DNA of 64,000 bases from NCBI RefSeq assembly GCF_964355755.1, contig NC_092672.1:38198437-38262436 (forward strand). The letters are read 5' to 3'. This document shows, in pieces, positions 26,946-40,900 of the stretch (its first letter is position 1; each line of letters opens with the position of its first letter). The DNA is from Antedon mediterranea (lineage: Eukaryota > Animalia > Echinodermata). The position numbers were made by a program, and so were the translations under genes. A model generated the notes under the pieces. That model was given only the letters and a program-made list of their open reading frames with translations. It searched no databases and was not told the DNA's origin.

Positions 26946-27851
26946 CCAACAAATCTTGATAGTTATTCGAACATAATGGAAATGCTTTTAAATGACATTA
27001 AATTTAAGCGTATCTTTTGTTCGAATTAGGTGACATTAGAGAATAAAAAAGATCGGGAATGCCGAACACTAAATACTATCGCTAAATAGGCGCGTAAAGT
27101 GACATGTCGCACGCGTAACATAAATTGAATTGGACTGGTGACTGATGTTTGTATTTTCTCTTATTTCTTCATTTCAATAAATTCATATGCTAATTTTATC
27201 TAAAGATTGTTTGTGTGGAATTTGATAAGCTTGGTTCCCTACTACTGCCGGCGAGACGCTAGCTACGTACACAAGGATTGATATTATACGCGCGCGGAAA
27301 CGACAGTAACCAATCAAAAATCGAGAATTCATGTGATCCGTTCCTTGCGTCGTCGTACGTCTGTGCTCCTGATGGTTAGGTAGGAACAAGCCTTTTACAT
27401 GAAGCAGAATAAAATAATGAAAGTTTTTATGTACGTTGATTTCGTCACAAGTGAAAAGGCTCAAAGTTGACGTTCGATCGCGTGATGTTAGTTTTTTTAA
27501 GGACAAAATATGCCTTAATATAAAACAAATTAGATGGAATTTTGAAACGCAGTATTTGTTCTTTTTCTGAAAGAGAATAATGAATTCGCCCACGGAAATT
27601 GCATAGGCCTATTTGGAACAATTCAGTGTACAAAGTACAAAGTCAATGGTACCGAAGGTCTGTCATCCGTAGTCAAATTATAATAACGTGATCTGAAGGT
27701 TAAATATTTATTCACTTATTATTGTTCTCTTTCTTCCAAGCCCACCTTTGTCGCATAATAGAGATATCTGATGAAAAGGCGTGTGAATATTCTTGTACAT
27801 AGTATAAATCAAATTGGCGTACTCACAATATTGCCGTTTTCTTAGACTGTA

Positions 27852-28158
27852 CCCATTAACCGCGCAATATACTACTGCAGCATGTGCGCCATTAAGCGCG
27901 CAATATACTGCAGCATGTGCCCCCATTAAGCGCGCAATATACTGCAGCATGTGCCCCATTAAGCGCACAATATAATCCAGCATGTGCCCCATTAAGCGTG
28001 CAATGCTGCAGCATGTGCGCCATTAAGCGCGCAATATACTGCAGCATGTGCCCCTATTAAGCGCGCAATATACTGCAGCATGTGCCCCATTAAGCGCGCA
28101 ATATAATTCAGCATGTGCCCCATTAAGTGCGCAATATACTGCATCGTGTGCCCCATTT
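27852..28158. repeat. ~32-bp minisatellite, ~9 copies
   Basis: Unit CCCCATTAAGCGCGCAATATACTGCAGCATGTG, with variants. Confidence 0.9.
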
Positions 28159-28912
28159 TCATTATTAAAATGTCGAAACAAATTGTTGTCTTTCAACCTG
28201 TTAGATTATAATGTGAGTGAGTCTATTCACAAGTGACCTTTAATCCATCTTTTACGCTAAATTGCGTCACGTGTGCGCGTGAAGTTCTCTCGCCGCCCGA
28301 GGGCTTGTCTGTTTCCTGACTGAAGTGCCGACATTAGGCAATTTACTGATTGCATGGTGTGAGCTACTATTATAGACAGACGCGTCGTCTTAGAATAGAT
28401 ATAGTCACAGCAGTGCCATCTTTGATTAATTTTACAATAGAAAGATTGCTTCGCATTGTCGCTGCTCACATAAGGGAGATTGAAATGATGTTCTGGATTT
28501 TATATTACCATTACCTATATTAGCGTTGTAGTAGATATGTTTTAAAAAATGGCCAATTAAACAAAAAAATTAATTTCTTCATTTAGTTAGCAGCTGCGGC
28601 CTCCAACTTGCAGTGACGCTATATAAGAAAACACTGCACTGCTTTTCAATATTAGCATATTAATAATTTTACATTAAAATACCTAAAATTATAGGGACAA
28701 AGCTACAATGCTACATTTTGAAAGCTGGAAAGAAGCTCGCTCTCGAATACGAGAGAATGACGATTTATATAATGGATATGTACAAACGAACCTATTTTTA
28801 AATAGGTTTGTTTGTACATCCATTATAGTAGTTAAAACTACTGGCAAACCGTTTTGAAAACGATGTTCTTAACTTCTTCCAACTACCTATAGGTGGCGTC
28901 GGGAAATCCAAG

Positions 28913-31900
28913 ATGGCAGAAGGTAGGGCGTGATCAATCGAAAGTTAATAAATTAATTTATTTTCTGTGTATTATATTTGCATTTGTGTAATATCATGTT
29001 GCAAAATAAATTTATGAACAATATATCCGTATATTGCTACTCGTTGCTTACGTAAATGAACAAATTAAGCTAGGCTAGGCCCCGCTTCGAGTTTCCAGCC
29101 TTACTCTGATGCAAAGCGGCGGAGACGTAACTTGCGATATCTGAGTCAGTACGGCCTAGCCTAGGTCGTTTGCCTCGGTGAGATTCTAATTAGCTTGGCC
29201 TCGATCTTAGCTAATGGATCTAGCGCACAATATATTTTAGATATTCTGAAGTTATTTTAAAATTATGAACAGCATTTGTTTTACTTTATTTAAGTTTAAG
29301 GTAATGTTTTTCCAGCTGTCTACGGAATCCCTGTCTACTATTCTAGGCCTAGCTAGGCTATATAGGCCTAGGCCTCCTAAAAACTAAGGCTATTATAGTA
29401 ATAAGCTAATAAAATTATTATTTTAGGCCTAAGTATAACTAAAATACTTAAGTATATATATTTTTTTTAATATTTAAAATGTGTGTGTGGGGTTTACGCT
29501 TCTAGCATTTTTTATTCCAGAGTTCTCAACTTGCTAAAGTATAATTTATAATTAATTCCAGCAGTCTTCTTGATAAATGTATCTCTACTACTAGCCTAGG
29601 CCCTACTCTAGCCTAGGCCCTACTCTAACCAAGGCCCTACTCTAGCCTAGGCCCTACTCTAGCCTAGGCCCTACTCTAGCCTAGGCCCTACTCTAGCCTA
29701 GGCCCTACTCTAGCCTAGGCCCTACTCTAGCCTAGGCCCTACTCTAGCCTAGGCCCTACTCTAGCCTAGGCCCTACTCGTAAAGTATACGTTTCAAATAA
29801 AATTATTTTACATAACTACAGAAGCTGAAAAACTGAAGAAACACTTGGATCTGTTACGACAGGAATATGTGAAACTTCAACAACGATTGGTCGAAGTTGA
29901 GAAAAAATACAACATCGCCACCGCCGGTGCTTCTGGACCCGATGAAGACAACTTTATTTCCAGACTGTTGCGCACGGTAGCTGATCTTTTTGATAAAGAT
30001 CTTTATAGGTAAAAACATCATTTTTCAGTCAAATAATTGAAAAGTAACTTGGATTTTAAGTAAATTAAAAAATGGAAAAAATGTTATTTGCTCTTTTCTT
30101 CCATTCCTTCTTTTCATTATAATTCTATTTTTGATACATTTTCACCAATTCACAGGTTTTATCTAAGCTATAGTACGTGTCTATTAAGAAAAAATCATAA
30201 ATTAAACATTGTAAAATATTGTATTAAAACTTAAGTGGTCAATGCAATATTCATTAATGTAATTGCTACTCACAGCTTCCTGTACTGACATAGAAGCACT
30301 TTCATTTAAGTAAAAGTAAAGTCCATTTGGTAAAACGATGATAAAAAAGTAATTATTAAAGTTTACAATTATCCTGTATTTTACTGTCGTCTAGACACCT
30401 AAAACCTTAAATGGATGTTTAATCAAAAAAGTAATCAATCAAATATTAAGATGTATGTCATACTGAATTAATCATCTTAGTACTCATATCATTCATCTTA
30501 TTATTTCTATAATGTTAGCTTTAACAATTACACATAAAAGTTGATAAAAATTTATCCGGATTGCCATACTTCTCTTCTTTGCATCTGTGATTTGGATGTA
30601 CTGTACAATAATCGAGGTTTCTCTTCTTTGCATCTGTGATTTGGATGTACAAACAATCATCAAGGTTTCTCTTCTTTGCATCTGCGATTTGGATTTACTG
30701 TACAATCATTGACGTTTTGTATACTTTTCTACTAGTTTTCTTTTATATACTTTTCTTAAAACCTGTAATGTGGATGTACAGTAGATAAGTGGTTTCATAA
30801 TGTACTGTTTAGGCCAAATCATTTTTCCCTGTGACTAATGTTGAGTGTACTACATAAGTTCCAATACATACCTTTCTGTGCTAATTAATAAACGATATAC
30901 TTACTCACTGTATTATGTTGGATCACATGCAATACTCATACTTTTATGAATGTAATTTCTAATACGTTAGTATCCACTTATTTCCCTGAACTTCAGTTAA
31001 TAATTCAAGGTCACATGACAACATTTAGTCACTGTAAAGCATAAAGGTCTTAATGCAATGATAGTTAGATTAATTCATACACTTTAAACAGCTTAAATGT
31101 TAATCCTAGTCAATTGTATAGCAGATGATAGCTGATAAATACCTGTGAACTTGCTTAAAGAACCAATTAAACGGCTTTTAAATGTTGAGTGACAACTGAA
31201 AGTGTCTCTTACATATTTTCTGTCCGATCCTGGCATCAATTTAACTCATTTCTAATGATGATGACCTATTATTAATTCAAATGTGTATTCCAATTTTTTA
31301 TTGACTAAATATAAATGTATGAGGTAATTTCCCACACACAAACGGTACTGGGTTTGGTCTACTAGCATTCCTGCTCCCAACTACAGTAGTCATCCATTCA
31401 TAGAAGCGTTGATGAAGTAAGCCTACCTAGTGGTAACTATGACTATAGAATGGTTCTGCATAGTATATTGTACATCTTACAATATAGACTACATTTAAAT
31501 TTTCCTTCACAAACCACTGACTGGTGCTACAGCATTGTCTCACTTAAATCATTTCTTCTCATTTTAGTGACTTAACCATTGCAGTAGACGGCAAGGAGGT
31601 GAAAGCTCATCGGTTTGTGCTTGGAGCAAGAAGCAATAATTGGGGCGTGGCCAACTTGGCTGATGTGCAATCTTTAGATTTTACTGGTGAATTATAGATT
31701 TTTTATTTATTCAGTTCATAAATATAATTTAAATGACAGTACAAATTGAAAATAATAGCAAATTGTAAAAAGTCATCGTCAAAATATATTGTTTATGTGC
31801 TTTTTGTAGCTATTGCCTTTTGAACCAGTTGAATCTACAGTATTCTGTATTGCCTTTATAAAACTGGTAAGGTTTCAATCAGAGATTCAGAGCGCATCCA

Positions 31901-34900
31901 GAAAAAACTTTGTTCCCAGAACTTATAAAATTTCAATATACAATACTATTCCTTATGTGGTTTGGAAATTGTGTTTTTAACAGTGAGGCCTTACCACGGG
32001 GAGTGGACTCCAGAAACACTGTGAGGCCTTACCACGGGGAGTGGACTCCAGAAACACTGTGAGGCCTTGCCACGGGGAGTGGACTCCAGAAACACTGTGA
32101 GGCCTTGCCACGGGGAGTGGACTCCAGAAACACCGTGAGGCCTTGCCACGGGGAGTGGACTCCAGAAACACTGTGAGGCCTTGCCACGGGGAGTGGACTC
32201 CAGAAACACTGTGAGGCCTTACCACGGGGAGTGGACTCCAGAAACACCGTGAGGCCTTGCCACGGGGAGTGGACTCCAGAAACACCGTGAGGCCTTACCA
32301 CGGGGAGTGGACTCCAGAAACACAGTGAGGCCTTGCCACGGGGAGTGGACTCCAGAAACACAGTGAGGCCTTGCCACGGGGAGTGGACTCCAGAAACACT
32401 GTGAGGCCTTGCCACAGGGGATGGACTCCAGAAACACTGTGAGGCCTTGCCACGGGGAGTGGACTCCAGAAACACTGTGAGGCCTTACCACGGGGAGTGG
32501 ACTCCAGAAACACTGTGAGGCATTGCCACGGGGAGTGGACTCCAGAAACACTGTGAGGCCTTACCACGGGGAGTGGACTCCAGAAACACTGCAGCTCGTT
32601 ATATTTCAATGTAATCAACGATTTAAAAAAAGGTTGAATTTAAATTGAAAGTCAGAGTAATATGAGAATAATAGGCTTATGATTATATTTGCCATTTACA
32701 AAGTTTTTTTGTAATTATTTGGTAATGCCGCGTAAAAATATTTGCTTCAGTCGCTGCAAAATGTTTCATTAAATGGGATTAGGCTGTGATCTATAAACAA
32801 GGAATTATATATTTCTTAACTAGGCCCCTAAAGCTACACTACTATGATATTTTATAAACATCAGTTTATCATGTTTGCAGGTATCATTATATTAGACAAA
32901 TAAATATAGATCTATTTTCCATGTCTGCTGTATAAAGTAACTTGGTTTTCTGGTTGTCTCAAAGAGTCCGGAAAAATGGAAGAGTTGACTGTTCCAGAAA
33001 GAGTTAGGCTACAAACAAAAGCTATACATCCAATATGGTATAGTAGGTCAGATATAAAAATAACATGATAACAATGACCGACATTACTATTGTTAACTGT
33101 TGCAATTGGTTCATGACAGGTATTCCGTATGATGTTGCAATGACTCTACTTAAATGGGTTTACACAGACCAAGTTGAGTTGCAGCCAGATGACAGCTTTA
33201 TCCTGCAACTGATGAGTGCAGCCAGTACATTTGAACTTGATGTTTTAAGAGATAGGTATGAGTATTCATTTACACATAGCTAATTTACTTGACTTTAAAG
33301 CTTCAATTGCCAAACCCTAGTTCTCTTGGCTTTTAATTACCAGTCCAGGAAGGTAGAAAATGATCAAAAATGTAATGAATTCAAAATGTAAACCTCCGTG
33401 GTAGAGGTATAAAAGTATAACATATTGTTAGCATCTTCACATTTTAGATTTTGTTTACGCTTTCCTCTCAATTTAGATCTAAATGTATTATAAATTCAAA
33501 CAACTTTTTAACTAAAATTACAGTTTTTTTATTTGTAGATGTGAAAAAGCACTAATGTCGTCAGTTACCGTTCGTAATTGTATTAGATTCTATCAAACGG
33601 CAGAACAAATCGGTGCGTCATCTTTAAAAAATTATTGCTCAGAGCTGATATCTAGCCATTGGGTGAGTAGTACTGTATGCTTTTGCCTTATTTAAATCAT
33701 CAAGAAGGCTCCTTGATTGTCAGCATACGCTGTTTAGGGTCACCCTCTATAAATAAGGTGGAATAAAATAAATACATAAAAGGCAAGGCAAAACACCTCC
33801 AGTATGCTATAGTTGGTCAACCCAAAAAGAGACAATTAAAAGGCAAGGCAAAACACCTCCAGTATGCTATAGTTGGTCACACCTCCAGTATGCTATAGTT
33901 GGTCACACCTCCAGTATGCTATAGTTGGTCACACCTCCAGTATGCTATAGTTGGTCACACCTCCAGTATGCTATAGTTGGTCACACCTCCAGTATGCTAT
34001 AGTTGGTCACACCTCCAGTATGCTATAGTTGGTCACACCTCCAGTATGCTATAGTTGGTCACACCTCCAGTATGCTATAGTTGGTCACACCTCCAGTATG
34101 CTATAGGGTGGTCACACCTCCAGTATGCTATAGTTGGTCACACCTCCAGTATGCTATAGGGTGGTCACACCTCCAGTATGCTATAGTTGGTCACACCTCC
34201 AGTATGCTATAGTTGGTCACACCTCCAGTATGCTATAGTTGGTCACATCTCCAGTATGCTATAGTTGGTCACACCTCCAGTATGCTATAGTTGGTCACAC
34301 CTCCAGTATGCTATAGGGTGGTCACACCTCCAGTATGCTATAGTTGGTCACACCTCCAGTATGCTATAGTTGGTCACACCTCCAGTATGCTATAGTTGGT
34401 CACACCTCCAGTATGCTATAGTTGGTCACACCTCCAGTATGCTATAGTTGGTCACACCTCCAGTATGCTATAGTTGGTCACACCTCCAGTATGCTATAGT
34501 TGGTCACACCTCCAGTATGCTATAGTTGGTCACACCTCCAGTATGCTATAGTTGGTCACACCTCCAGTATGCTATAGTTGGTCACACCTCCAGTATGCTA
34601 TAGGGTGGTCACACCTCCAGTATGCTATAGTTGGTCACACCTCCAGTATGCTATAGTTGGTCACACCTCCAGTATGCTATAGTTGGTCACACCTCCAGTA
34701 TGCTATAGTTGGTCACACCTCCAGTATGCTATAGGGTGGTCACACCTCCAGTATGCTATAGTTGGTCACACCTCCAGTATGCTATAGTTGGTCACACCTC
34801 CAGTATGCTATAGGGTGGTCACACCTCCAGTATGCTATAGGGTGGTCACACCTCCAGTATGCTATAGTTGGTCACACCTCCAGTATGCTATAGTTGGTCA

Positions 34901-37900
34901 CACCTCCAGTATGCTATAGTTGGTCACACCTCCAGTATGCTATAGTTGGTCACACCTCCAGTATGCTATAGTTGGTCACACCTCCAGTATGCTATAGTTG
35001 GTCACACCTCCAGTATGCTATAGTTGGTCAACCCAAAAGAGACAATTAAAAACAAATACTGTAGTTGGTTCTACAATTACAGTACAAGAAATTGAAAAAA
35101 TGTTGAGCATTGAAAAAAAAATTGTTAACAAATAAAAATTGAAGTACATTAGTTTTCAAAGAACCTATGAATTACTTGATGCAGAATTACTTATATTAAT
35201 GATATTCAGTCATCTATATAATAACTTCTTAACACAACAATAATTTTTTTTTTAACATTGATGATAGTTTAATTTCTTTAATCTTGTAGTTTATATGACC
35301 CACTTTTTATAATGTCATTGTAAAAATGGTTGAAATTAAAACTATTATTAGAATTATGTCTCCATAATGATAATATAATTATTTATACTACCTGGATGAA
35401 TGACAATATCCGTACAACATTATAAACAGAAACTTGTTTGTTCACCATATTAATGTTTTTCAAGGCCCCTACAGTAATAGTAATTAGATTATTTTTTTAG
35501 AGTATATACAAATTAATGATAATTTAATAGTAAACATTTTTTTTTGTCAAGTGTGGGTTTGTCCCACTTTTATTATGATACTCTGTTATAAATATAATAA
35601 TATATATAATTATGTACATTTATATTTTTTTTAAACGTTTTTTTGGTTTTTCTCTCATTTTTATATGATACAGTGATAAAAGTAGGTCCCATTAATTAAT
35701 ATAGTTTACATTTTATATACATAAGATGATTGATTTCGATGTTAAAACCACATTTGCCTTCATTTACATTTAAAAAATTTAATTAATTAAAATATATAAA
35801 TGACAATAAATAATAGTAAAAATAACATAATTTTACTACATTGTAGAATGATTTCACGAGTGAAGACTTTGTGAGCATGACTGCACCCCTTTTATACAAG
35901 ATGTTCAAGGCAAAGACGACGTACCCTCTACATACAGCCATCAGACATCGCAGGGAAGACGTCGTGTTCTTATACCTCATGGAGTTTGATGCTTTGGTAA
36001 ACTATTTACAAGTCAGTCCATTGAACGGTGAAAAATAACGCACGAGAATGTTATCCTATATAACAATTAATACATATTAATGTATTATAAACACAATGGC
36101 ATAAGTATCTACACTATTTATTTCATATTTATAACTTATTCAAGTTATTTATCTAATAACCGTTACAATTTGCATTTGTTTTTGATGATTTATTAAAAGG
36201 ATGGAGTTATTTTTTGCCAACTTTTATATTTAAGTTCATCATAATCTTTCTAACATGTTAATGTACACATACTAACTAAGCATACAGCATCTTTATGGTA
36301 TATCAGATCATAATATACATAGAAACATATTTTATAAATGTTATAAGAGCATAAATTTAAAAGGTTTTTTTAATTTATTAATAAATGAACTAATGGCATG
36401 TCATTAAACTAAATCTGTACTCTATTATAGTATTATAGTCATGATCAGTATATTACAGGTTTAATGCACCAGAAATATATTACATCATTTGCCTACTACT
36501 TGATCTATAATCTATTTAAAGATGGTTGTCCTTTAAACATTAATTAAGTATAGAATTGGATACTTCATTTAGAAATAAGTAGATACTTATTAATGCAATT
36601 ATTATAGACTGTTACATTTACTATTTGAATATCATTAATTTTTATAGTTACCTGATAAACTTGATGAATTAGATGACAAAGGTGATCTGCCGCTAGACCT
36701 GGCATTATCTAGTAAACAAGAAAGTATTGCAATTGAACTCATAAAACATAAGGTGAATGTCAACAGAATGGATAACAAAGGCCATTGTTTACTGCACAAA
36801 GCATTGTTAAGAGGTAAGAGCATAAAACTTGGGTCTATTTTTATAGAATAAAAAATGTACGTTCAAGGCCATGCTTTGTACTTACAGTACTTCTGCTAAA
36901 TTAGGTACTTTTTTTACATGCTAAATATTTTTTTTTTTTACTTTTTGAGGTTTTTGCTGTAATATGTGATCATATAAAATATATTATTAATTATAATTAA
37001 TAATTATTATTTATTATATTTATTATTAATTCACTGTATAAAAAATTAAACATTTTAATACAGTATTTCAATCTTTTTCTTGTTGATTAGGAGATGAATT
37101 CTCAGCAAGCTTTCTCATTCAAAACAATGCTAAACTAAACATAGTAAGTCAACAAGAACTTGAGACGGCGCTACATATCGTATCGTCGTACAATCCTAAT
37201 ATCACCAGTACTGAGGTTATGACTGGTATGTTGAACATTGCTTCACTACTGCTAGAAAAAGGATGTCAAGTTAATCTACAAGATAAACTGGGAAAGTAAG
37301 TTGATGTACTTTGAATCTTGGGTAACATGACCTCCATACACCTACAGTATGTTTATATTATATATATTGTTCTATGCATGACTAAAGAATATATAATGCA
37401 AAGTTATCAATCATTGCACACTCATATGGTTAGGCTCTGTATTTATTCATTATTTCTTTTGACTGCATTTTCAGTGACGTACTGTAGTACTGCTTTTCTA
37501 ATGGTCCAGTTACAAGTTTAAAAGTTATTACAGTAAAGTAAAAACATACATAACAAATATACAACAAAATTAAAACATACATAATTCTATAAATACACAC
37601 AGAAAAGTGTAGCATACAGTCTTAAAACATAAATGGGCTTATCTTGTAATAGATACTTGAAAAGATTCAAAGAAGAAATTAAGTCACATTTTTGCAATGG
37701 TTTTATAAGTAAGCCAATTTTAATTTCAATCCATCAAGTGAGCCCCTGGCTAAGAAAATTGAGGGCATTATGCAAAGTACTGTAGATTCCGTGGTTAAAA
37801 AACAGTTAAGCACCTTCTTCTCATCTCCCTCAGGTGGGGTCCTTTTTAACACACTTAATTCAGTGTAAGGTAACTTTCCATAATTAAGCATGTAATCTAT

Positions 37901-40900
37901 GTCATGTACCTAATTTTAAGCTGCAGGCTAAATGCTTGTGCCAAAGATAATTTATGCGAACAACATTAGAACTGATTCTAGGATTTTAAAGTCCAATGAG
38001 AACCAGCATTTTGGTTTACATATTTGATGTATTACCTTAAAAATGACTAAAATCATAAATATTTAATTTTCTTAATCGCCAGGCTTTTAGAAAAAATGCA
38101 ATTTTTACTGAGTTTTAACAAAACCAGTGACTTAACAGCTATAGTGTATTCACACAGTATTAACAAGATTAAAAAAGTAGTACATTTTACTATGTCTTAA
38201 TTATATAGTGTACAAGTCATGTTGTGCATGTACCTGACATACATTTTATCTATACGTGCACTCAAATATTTAAAGGTTGATCATTTTACTTTAAAATAGA
38301 CAAGTTCATTTCAGAGTGATAAATCTAAAAGATTATTCACTATTTTCCGATGAAAAGTAACATTTTATTGTACAATATGTCATAGTGTGGTGTGTGAGCT
38401 TATTATAGTATGGACTTATTACTCACTAAGTCACTCACTCACATTTCTATTAATGTTTAAACAGTCGTGAATCATGCAACCATGAACTCTAGCTGCTCAT
38501 CTCTCTACCTTAATGCTTTCAAATTAAAATATTCTGTCATCTTTAAGTGTTAAATACTGCATATTAATTTACATACAAAACTGACCTTTTTTTAACCTAC
38601 CCTTTTTATTATTTTTGCAGCTCAGCAATTCATCGAAGTATTTCATCAAAGAACAAAGATGTTTTTAACTTATTACTATCAAATAGGCAGTAAGTAATTA
38701 TGTACTAATGAATAGCATGATGGATCAATTAATTGAGTGGTTGATGTATTGTTCGATTCATTTATTAATTAGTTGGTAATTGATTGAATGGATTAGCTGA
38801 TTGATTGGTGATTGGCTATTTGATATTAAATTTATTGATTGATTGTTTAAATTGATTGATTGATTAAATTGATTGATTGTTTTGAATTAATTAATTTATT
38901 GTTATTTTGTACAGACTAAATTTAGATCTTAGAAATGTACAAGGAGAGACTCCATTATGGTTGGCCTTTGATTCATCAGATGAATATGGTGCAGACAGTT
39001 TTGCAGATAAACTTATTACAAGAGGATGTAGTCCTGATGCTGTTAACCCAAGTACAGGTAAACTAAAGTACTAAGCTTCTGTTTCCACTGCCAAACAAAT
39101 CAATGCTGTTAACCCCAGTACAGGTAAACTAAAGTACTAAGCTTCTGTTTCCACTGCCAAACAAATCAATGCTGTTAACCCCAGTACAGGTAAACTAAAC
39201 TACTAAGCTTCTGTTTCCACTGTCAAACAAATTAATACTGTAAGCCCTAATACAAGTAAACAAAGCTACTAAGCTTCTGTTTCCACTGCCAAACAAATCA
39301 ATGCTGTTAACTCCAGCACAGGTAAACAAAGCTACTAAGCTTCTGTTTCCACTGCCAAAACAAATCAACTATACTTTATGGCCTTTACCAGCAACTGGGT
39401 TGGGGATTACTTACAATATGCAGTTGGAGTATAATACCTAAATGTGAAGCAGCTCTATTCAGGGACACACCCCAGCACTTAAAATGTGAAATGAATGAGG
39501 GGAAATATTATATGGCCAACCCATATTCAAGACACCCTTATTATGGGGAAACACCTGTTTCTGGTGTAACACTTGTCCTGAAGGCGTCTCCTGTTACTGG
39601 ATTATGTAACACTAATTTATTTCTTTCCTTACAGGTAATTCCTTGTTACATCTTGCTGCTCAAGCTAAGAATGAAACAGCTTGCTTGTTTCTTGCCACAC
39701 ATGGTGCCTCCTCTAGTATAGCCAATAATCAGGTATAAACACTTAAAAAATAAAGAAATAAATAAAATTATAATTATCAGGATATTACTAGAAGTAGATG
39801 AATGGAAAGCTACCAATAAACACCATTTGTTAGTTTCACTAAAGCTCTGTCTACACTATCAAACTTTATGTAACAAAAATATGGACACAATAATGTCATA
39901 TCACTACCATATTTGGGCACATATTAATTTGTTTGTCAAACTAGTTTGATAGTGTAGACAGAGGTTTAAAATTCATACTACTGTCTTCAATTCGAATAAA
40001 TGTTTTTAATTGTATTATATAGGGTGAAGTACCATTACATATTGCATCTAAGCAAGGCCTAGCCAACCTGGTAGCATTACTGCTAAAGAAAGGTGCAAAC
40101 CCAAACACACAAACACTTCAGGATGTATCGTCAAGACTCGAGGACCTAAGCATTGAAGCAGATCGAGAGGATCTCATGACCGCATCTAAACAGACACCTC
40201 TACACATGGCTATTACACATCAACATGCTGACGTTGTTAGTGTGTTTTTGGAACACAGAGGTAAGTAAACATTTTTTATTTTAGATTTTGTAACTGTTCA
40301 TTCATTCCCTTTCTTTTCAGTTTTTTTTCTTTCTTTTTTCGTATTTATATGGTGTTTGACTATTTTGTAATATCACAAACTTGTGTAAAAACAATCAATG
40401 TTGATTGAACGAGTTGTATGTACATCAGTCTCGTGAAGAAATAAAGTTTATATATATATATATACAGATTTGAAACAAAATTATGTAACCATAAATATAA
40501 CAAAATTGTATTAAAATCATAGAGATAATTTTAAACAGATTCAAATATGCGATGTGAAGGAGCCCACAAAATGGCAACCATGTATCTCTTGAAAAATATT
40601 ATTTAATATTTGAAAATAATAACCATTGATATTATGAAGAACCACATAAATTAACTCTATTTTTAATGGCAGTAACAGAATAATTTAGTTTTAAACATAC
40701 AAAATATTGTTGCGTATTGAAAAATGTACTATATAATTATTATTAATATTAATATTTTTATTATTTTTTTAGCAAGTGCATTGGATTCGCAAGATGGTTT
40801 GTTAATAATCCCAGATTTCAATATTTACGACAGCAATGAGCAAACAGTGTTAGGATTAGCCCTATGGACTGGCTTACACACATTTGCTGCTCAGCTATTG

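Noticed and set aside
31981-32590. 38-bp repeat array resembling CRISPR repeats in length
   Set aside because: Units are contiguous with no unique spacers, there are no cas genes, and it lies in a eukaryotic intron.
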